From assembly GCF_009914755.1 (NCBI RefSeq), contig NC_060940.1: a DNA stretch of 64,000 bases; one strand, given 5' to 3'. The translations under genes and the position numbers were made by a program. The notes beneath the pieces are model-generated. The model ran no database searches and was not told where the DNA came from. It saw only the letters and a program-made list of their open reading frames with translations. Shown here in pieces: positions 55,946 through 64,000 of this stretch; position 1 is the stretch's first letter; each line of letters begins with the position of its first letter. The DNA is from the human T2T-CHM13v2.0 reference genome, Homo sapiens.

Positions 55946-57048
55946 CCTTCCTATTATTCTGTCAGTTTACATTGTGTATTAATGCACTGTGTTCTTCCAA
56001 CTCATGTGGCCTTCAAATGGTTGCTCAGTGAAGGAATGAGTAAATAAGCACCTTACCTTTATATAGTTTTGAAATAAATCAAATAAATTTTTTTCTTTGA
56101 TTTCAGTCTTGCAATAATAACATATTTTATTCTATAATTTGAACAAGTGATGCCTTTAATTGGAAAATCACATTATTAAATATCCATAATGCTCAGAAAT
56201 AATAAATAGATTATTTTTAGGATTTTTTCATTTTTCTTGTAGCTATTTATCACTTATTCATCTTGTCATTGGTTAGTACTCATTTGCAGACAAAAGGTTG
56301 CCAATGCTAATATATATACATATGAAAAAGTAATAGATTATCATGAAAAGATGGAAGACTTAAGTAAATCATGAAAGTTCACTCTTGCACATGAACATTC
56401 ATTGAGAACCACTCTACAGATGTCTTGACGTGAAAGACATAGAATTTTCTTCCTGTATTTTATCACAAGGGACAATATAGTGTAAAAGTGGAGTTAGAAA
56501 TTAGATACCACTAGAATCTGACATCTAGATTGCATGTAACACACTATTCTTATTAACTATAACTAAGCACATATTGTGAAGATTTGAGCTTCAGAGAAGT
56601 TTTATAAAATATAAATAAAAAGACACCTAACATTTCCTTTAATGAATATCCTGGGCAGCATTAAAGAGGAAATGAATCATCCCAGATTTCTTGAGAAAAC
56701 TGTTAAATCAGTGGCTGCATTGCAATTGATCAGGAATGTTTTGTCAGTTTTGAATTGTTCTTTTGTCCAGCACACATTCCCAGCAAATGTGTGATGACTT
56801 TTACTAAAATCCACTGGAGTGATGCACTTACCCTTCTCTGCTTTTTTTGAGACCTTTATTTCTAAACTCACCTCTTCTCTTGCTCCATGCTTATTCCTGA
56901 GCCTTCACTGAAGTAGAGGGGTTTTCCTTGTTAGGATTATCATTTGGATGGTGCATTTTTTCCTAAGCATTTTTTTTTTGGTATTTTCTACTATGGATAA
57001 GTAGGAAGCTGTAAATCTACAGATTTTACCTTCTTTAAAGATTTCCTT

Positions 57049-57445
57049 TTTTATTTTTTTATTTATATATATTTATATATATATTTATTATACTTTAAGT
57101 TCTAGGGTACATGTGCACAACGTGCAGGTTTATTACAACATGTGCCATGTTGGTGTGCTGCACGCATTAACTTGTCATTTACATTAGGTATATCTCCTAA
57201 TGCTATCCCTCCCCGCTCCCCCCACCCCACAACAGGCCCGGGTGTGTGATGTTCCCCTTCCTGTGTCCATGTGTTCTCATTGTTCAATTCCCACCTATGA
57301 GTGAGAACATGCGGTGTTTGGTTTTTTGTCCTTGCGATAGTTTGCTGAGAATGATGGTTTCCAGCTTTATCCATGTCCCTACAAAGGACATGAACTCATC
57401 ATTTTTTATGGCTGCATAGTATTCCATGGTGTATATGTGACACAT
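57049..57445 (-). mobile_element. 5'-truncated L1PA (L1PA5-like) 3' end
   Basis: TATTATACTTTAAGTTCTAGGGTACATGTGCACAAC...CCATGGTGTATATGTG; 15-bp TSD TTTAAAGATTTCCTT at 57034-57048 and 57446-57460; tail has decayed to TA-rich sequence. Confidence 0.97.
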
Positions 57446-60009
57446 TTTAAAGATTTCCTTCAGGTAGAGCAGGGGGCGGGCAAACCTGTTTGTATCTTTT
57501 ACTGCAGCATATTCAATTCCAGCTTTACTACTGACAAAATATATCTTTATTTTCTAAAACTACCTTATTTATTTATTTTTTTTAAATTTGGGAGTGTTTA
57601 TTTTGGCTCATGCTTTTCCATTCCTAAATGGTAGCTCTCATTGGTCTCTCAGAGAACAAGTGTGTCTGTGAGACTTCTTTTCTCACTTGCATTAACAACC
57701 ATATGCCTTGGTAAAGAGAGTGGTAGTACAGGGATTCCTCTGAAGGTTTCCCATTAAAATGGAAGATGTAGTAGAGAAAAAAAAGAGCAAGTTGTCAGTA
57801 ATAATGTTTTATCTTAATGTTGTCAAGTGACTTCTGGAGTTATCCCTGGCACATTTGTGAATATTTGCCTCAACCACAGAGTCTGCTTTACAAAATCCTT
57901 TTGTGCTAGAAGAGACTATTTAAAATTGTACTCATGGTGCTGTCTCCAGGCAGGAATCTGTTATTAGCAGTAGTGATAATGAAGGCTGCAGACATGTCAT
58001 GACATTGGTTGCCCTCAGGATAAGAGCAGATCAAGGCTTTGGGAGGAAAGGACAGAGAGGGAGAATTACTCCTCGTCACTGCCAGATTTTGTGGCTACCA
58101 GCAAAGGATCGTTTTAAGCTGCAACTCAGGAAATTGAGAAAATATGGCAGCTCCTACACTGATGATTGCTCCCCTCAGTCTTCCCTCTTCAGGGCTGTTG
58201 TCTCCGGAGACTCTATTGAGGTACCAGGTCATGGCAGAGTTTCCCCCGCAAATAATTGAAAAAATTACTTCATCCATGTATAGAGGGGATTCAAGGTCCA
58301 CGCAGTGAGCTGAACTATTAGTAACACTGTTTTTACATACCTGTACACACCCACACCCAAAGCACACATGTTGTTTTGACAATAATGGCTATGAAGTGAG
58401 TGTTTAAATGACTAATATGTATCCAAGGTGTGGGGGGAAGTTATTTTCTATTTATCAGAGAAGCTTTTGAAAATGCAACAAAATAGAATTGAATTGAAAC
58501 AAAAATATTTATATACCACAAATTTGAAACGAATATTTACTAATCCATTCCTCCTCTCTCGAAAACAAAGTATGTGAAAGGCTGAGAGGTTGTGTCACAT
58601 TGATGCAATTATATAATTCATTTGTATTCTGGGCTTTTCTTAAACAAAACAGAGACTACAATAATAAAAAAGGAAAGGCTGTATGAAATTCAGGAATGTA
58701 CTTATTTTAGTTTGAAACTAAGTAGTATTGAATATGAAACTTGCAAATCTTTGGTTCTACTTCCTTTTATTCAAAGATCAAAATGTTCTTTATACACTGG
58801 AGAAGAAAATGCTGGGTACATTTTGGATTCAGTAGATATCACCAACTCTTTTTCTTTTTTTAAGTGTTCTGACTTTGGCAGAAGCCAAGAAGCAGTTTGC
58901 AAAGCACTTTTCCTTAATATTTAAATTCCCTTTGAGGTTTAAGAGAAATTTAATCCACATGTTTCTAATTCATTTGCCCTCAACTCATAAAAAATGTTCT
59001 TCAATTTGATCTCATTGCAGTCCAGGGGCATTAAAAAGCTTTCAAATGAGCCTTCCGCCTTGAATTGAAATCCAGATGTTGTGTTTTGTCAGCTCTAAGC
59101 AAATTTGAAACTCAAAAAAGTCTTGGTCATAAATGAGAAGGCACAGATGGTTTTGGAACTGAGGGAGAAAAAAAAATTCACAGATAATAGAAACTCTCTT
59201 AAAACATAAGGAACTATCATTTTTTAAGAATTTCATTCAACTGGTGAGTAACATTATGCTCATTTAAAGATGGCAGACTCTGCGTCTAAAGGAAATTGAA
59301 TGATCTGGGGCCAAAGTGTGAATGAGAATACAGCCAAGAATAGACTCTCAGAGCCCTTCTTTATACTAATCACGAGTAGTGATTAAAATAAATAAATAGT
59401 AGGAGGGTGAAAAGGATGGAACCAAATGCTAAAGCCATATGGTAACACCATCCGGGAGAGGGAAAAAAAAGGTTATTTTTCACATGTCAAATATTCCCTC
59501 ACATTAGCCACCAAGAAGATGGGGAGGGGAGAAGCGATTGAATGTTGTGCAATACAAGGCAAAAACAGTCACATTCTAAACAATTTTATTTCTGGCATTT
59601 CCCAGGAAGTTCAGCATTTCGACATTCAAATCCAGCCACTCAATTTAAAGCATTTTGAGGCAAAATATGGTTCCATTTTGCTTAAATGTGAAGTCTATTT
59701 TAAAAATACTTATTTTTTCTACATCTTTAAACCAATATGTCTATTTGTACTGGCATAAACATATTATTAACTGGCAGTGAGTAGTCTTTTTTATCTTAGA
59801 ATATAGACTAATTTTTCTGCCTCATTTATAAATGTTTTCTAAAGCAGGATGAATTTACCAAAATGTTATGCACTTTATACTGATGACTTCCATCTAACAA
59901 CAGTTTTGAAAACACCATAAAACTACTTTGATAAAAACTCTGTAGCTAAACATTGTTTTACTTAGTTTAGCCGGAGTATAGATGTTAGTTGGTTTTTCCC
60001 TTAAAAATT

Positions 60010-60110
60010 CCTTTAGAATCAAACGAGCCTCAGTTCAAATTCTAGCTCTGTATTTACAAACTAGGTGAGTTGGGGAATCATCAGCAGTATTGAAACTCAA
60101 TTGCTACACT
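60010..60110 (+). mobile_element. MIR 5' relic
   Basis: CTTTAGAATCAAAC...GTTCAAATTCTAGCTCTG. Confidence 0.5.
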
Positions 60111-60169
60111 TTTGATTAAAATAGTCAGGGAAAGATGTTCTCTTTGGGGCTTACTAAGAAGACAGATTT

Positions 60170-60390
60170 GACATCTGCAACTGCTTGTAGCTTCTGCTGG
60201 TATGAATGGAAATTGTCTGTGGATGGAGCCCCCATGGAAGAGAGGGGAGCGAAAAAGAGTATGAGTTCTGACGGCAATTGACTAAGTGCCTGGAATCAGC
60301 TATACCTGAAACCTTCCAACTACATGAGACAATTCATTCTCCCTTTAGCATAAGCCACTATGAATTCAGTTCTTCTTAACAGAAGTGTTT
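60170..60390 (+). mobile_element. MLT1 (J/K-like) MaLR LTR 3' part
   Basis: GCCTGGAATCAGCTATACCTGAA...CTACATGAGACAATTCATTCTCCCTT...TAAGCCAC. Confidence 0.55.
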
Positions 60391-63203
60391 TGTTTAAATG
60401 TAAAGTATACATAGATAAATGCATTTTATCAATTCACAGTAAGATGTTTTTCCTAAAAAGGTGACCAATCACAATTATTTCTCTTCTTATTGTTGCTGTT
60501 ATTCCTGCTGTTGATTATTACTTGCGACCTAAAATAACAATAAAATATAGCTTCATTTTTTTCATCCTGAGCAGGATCTAAATGGTTATTTTGATTCTTA
60601 GTCCCAGTCCCGAAACCCCGCAGAGCTTTTGGCATAGGCAACTACTTTGTTCAAAGAAAAAAATCACTCCTCTTCTTAGATATGCCCAGCAGGTCTATTA
60701 AACTACTGTGATTTTTCAGCCACTCACAGTTACTGCACATTGCTTACAACTGTGTTTCAACAGATCCTTCACACTTTTTTTTTCTTTTTTTATTCCCTCT
60801 CTGCACATGGGTGCACTATTCAATACCTGCTTGGGTAGCCTGATACCATTGATTCTACATGAGTTCTACTGCCTCTGGTTGTTGACCACCTGATATTGGC
60901 ATTTTCTTTTGAAAGTGAATCTTAATTTATATCAGTAAGGTTGATAAAGGAGCCAGGGAGAGAAGAATTTTAAGGATAATGATTTTGTTCAGAAGTAGGA
61001 AAAATAAGAAAATGACTGTACGCCAAATACAAAAAAATGGCAAATAGTGGAAATAAATGTAAAAGGACCATCTTTTTTCAATTATGGTTGAAGGAAAGAA
61101 TCCTTAAGGCCTCGGGAAAAGGAGCCACATTTGAATTACTTTCTTTTGTACCCCAGGAGCTAGCACAGTAAGAAGCATTGTCAGAGCTTCTTACTCTCAC
61201 TTGTTTAAGGACTGGGCCAATACTGATGGCCAAGGCCTCAGCAAAGATGGTAGAAATAGGTTTTAATTCTTAGCTTTTTTTCTCATGAGTTTCCACATGC
61301 AATTGTTAGGAATCATAAATGTATCTCTAGTCCTAATTTATGGAGGTTTTGGGGTAAGTTTATTTGCGCAATGACAGAGTTACTCTTTGGCTATGTAGTC
61401 CCTAGTTGATAAATAAAGTTTCCTGAATTCTTTCCTATCACTAGCATCTAAACATCTTCCCTTGGATACTAAGAGATTAGGAGAAAGAGAAAACCCAATT
61501 ACAGTATTTTGGGGCTTGGTTTAGTGGCTGGTGGAAAGTGAGATTACAGTTCTACGGATGGTTGGTTAGATGTGGAGGATAGTACTGAACAAAGACAAAC
61601 ACAATCTGTCTTCTTTGGGTCAAAGGCGACTTTTGTGATGGCCAGTGCATCCCTAAAACTTTTTATTAGTGACGAGGACATTCATAAATAGCATCCGTGT
61701 CTATAGTTTTGACTCCTTCCCCCCTAACCCCACTAATGCTCTGATGCAAATTTTATCACTACACATTGCCATGTCACTGTTGTATTCCTCCAGGAGATTA
61801 TTAGTTCTTAGCACAGCATAATGTTTCCCTGATATTTTTTAAAATGTTGATATATGACTTCCAGTTGACTTTGCTTGCCCATTCTGTGTCTTTCCAAGGG
61901 TAGAGATAACCAATGCAAGGTGATCTACAAATGGAATTTGTCTTGGTGTCAGTGTACGTATACTGTGAAAAAATGTGTATGCATGTGTATGAGTTTGTGT
62001 GTATTTTAAATCACTTACTTTAACCAAGATATCACACTACCAGTGCCATTTTTAAAACCAAAGGGTTTAGTTGGATAATCAATGGTGCTCTAAAGAGATG
62101 AGACTTGGTGGCTCAATCAGAGAATAAAAGGATATTCCAACAGTTGTGCTAAACCCTGCAAAGCTCAAATAATCTCAATTTTCAAATTAACTTATTATTC
62201 CAAACTACCTGCTCTTTTTCATTGACACCACTAAACAATCATTCCTAAGGGAATTATGGGTATTTGCACATCAGCCAATTCAGCTTAAATTCATTAATAT
62301 TTCCATTTTTGTCTGAAAATAAGTGCTTGTAAAATTACATAAATACCCACAGTGGTGTTTATTTTACTTGATACTATAAAGAAAAGAGGGTAAAGTTTAA
62401 AAATGCTTATAACAGATAACTATTTTATGTGTGAAAACAGGGACCCACTTCTAACTGTCATTCGACTTTGTATTTATTCTGTAAAGTCAAAGAGCAAAAT
62501 TAAATAACAAGGCTTACATGCTTCAAATAATATTTTTAGAGATGATAGTTAAAATGAGAGATGTAACTAGAGAACTTAAAATCACACTTATTTCTCTGGG
62601 AATGGAATTCCTCTTAAAACAAATCACTTTTACCATGGATCTAAGAATTGTGTTGCAGAATGAGAGACCGTAGAGGTTGCTTCCTTACAAATAAGCTGCA
62701 GTGACAAACTTTCATCTGAAGTTTACTACTATGATTTCTTTATAGCCTGAATATTTTTGATATCTTAATCATTTTTATAACCTAGGGGAGTGGATAGCAA
62801 TCCCAAAGCGTATCACTCCAAACCAATGGCAAAGAACATTCTACCAATTGATAAGGATTAAAATATTTTATTTCTACAGAATATCAAAGAAAACTGTATA
62901 GCTTTCCCATCATGTTCTTTGTTTTACCTTTAAAGTTATAAACAAACACTTTACTGATTTTTTTTTTAGCAATGATGCTCCATTTTGATCATTACCAGCA
63001 TCTCACTGATATCTTCTGTCAGGTTCCCATGCAGTCACCTTAGCCATATCTGTTTTGCAGCTGTGCTTGGGATTCTTTTGTAGAATAACATTTATTCATC
63101 CTAATTTAGGGTTAATTCAGAGATGGGTGAGTTCCTATTTCACATGTCTTAGTGGGACTGTTTAGTTAACAACTACATTAAACCACGTTCATGCCAGTTA
63201 TTT

Positions 63204-63678
63204 TGAGGCAGGAGACCTACAGGGCTCATTTTCAGGTTCAGACAGGATAAAGTGAAGAAACTGGTCAGAACAAACAGATGGCAATGAAAGCAACCTGTAG
63301 TTTCCCTCATTGCTCATCAGCATGAGACACTCCCACCAGCGCCATGACGGTTTACAAATACCGTGGAAATAACCCGAAAGTTACTGCCCTGTTCCATGGC
63401 AGCCACCTGAAAGTTACTGCCTCTTTTTCAGAGATTTCTGAATAACCTTCCCCTTAATTTGCATGCAATTAAAAGTGGGTATAAATACACATAGCCAATA
63501 CCACAAGGGCTCACTCTGGGAGCACAGCCTAGGAATTAGCCCTGCTCCACAAGGAGCAGCTTGGGTTCAATAGAAGTTGCTGTCTATCACCACCAGCTCA
63601 CACTTGAATTCTTTCCTGGGCAAAGCCAAGAACCCTCACAGGCTAATACCAATTTTGGGGCTTGCTTTCCCTGCATCA
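63204..63678 (+). mobile_element. ERV1 MER4-group solo LTR (LTR19/MER48-like), intact ends
   Basis: TG...CA with perfect 4-bp TSD ATTT (63200-63203, 63679-63682); GACACTCCCACCAGCGCCATGAC; TTGAATTCTTTCCTGGGCAAAGCCAAGAACCCT...AATTTTGGGGCTTGC...CTGCATCA. Confidence 0.88.
63455..63487 (+). promoter_or_regulatory. octamer plus TATA box in the LTR U3 (candidate core promoter)
   Basis: ATTTGCAT at 63457-63464 and TATAAATA at 63480-63487; activity not shown. Confidence 0.4.
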
Positions 63679-64000
63679 ATTTGACATAGAAACCATCATT
63701 AATATATTTCACCTGTTTACACACATGTTTAACATCTGCTGTGTGAAAAATACTGTAAAGGAGCTGAGTAGCAAGGCGAGAGAAAGTCAAGAATGAATGA
63801 GAAGCCCCTGTAAGGATGGCCAACAAGAGAGCACACCGTTTCTCTACACTGGTGGAACAGAGTGGGCCTTGGAAGTGTGTGTTAAGAAGAAAGGAGAGTT
63901 TACCCTGCCTATATGAGATGATGCCTTTGCAAAGGATATAACATTAATTGGATCTTTTAATTACTATCATTTATTGCAGAGGGTTTCTTTAATGTTTTCA

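Noticed and set aside
57999-58388. Overlapping 86/95-aa ORFs and a possible 48-nt minus-strand exon (58388-58341, CAG|GTATGT)
   Set aside because: No recognisable protein; the acceptor tract is short, and isolated sites of this strength occur by chance in 64 kb.

Overview
AT-rich, CpG-poor primate genomic DNA, almost certainly human because it carries an undiverged AluYb-lineage element. It looks intergenic or deep-intronic. I recognise no protein-coding exon, RNA gene, CpG island or CRISPR-like array; the long ORFs in the track are L1 ORF2 remnants or Alu/LTR/low-complexity read-through. The window is a mosaic of Alus (FAM/FLAM, J, S, Yb), L1s (L1PA, L1PB/L1MA/MB/MC/ME), L2/MIR relics, solo LTRs and DNA transposons (MER3/MER5/Tigger2). 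Most interesting: (1) a 1.3-kb TSD-bounded old L1 retrocopy (16070-17372, minus) made of 5'UTR, the C-terminal part of ORF1 and a short non-L1 tail with AATAAA and poly(A), with no ORF2, consistent with a processed chimeric L1 transcript; (2) a young AluYb9/Yb10-like element with an extra 5-bp duplication; (3) a twin-primed 5'-inverted L1PA with the internal priming complementarity visible; (4) strong splice signals that may outline non-coding transcripts. Repeat family names come from recalled consensus sequences, not a database search, and boundaries of old repeats are approximate.
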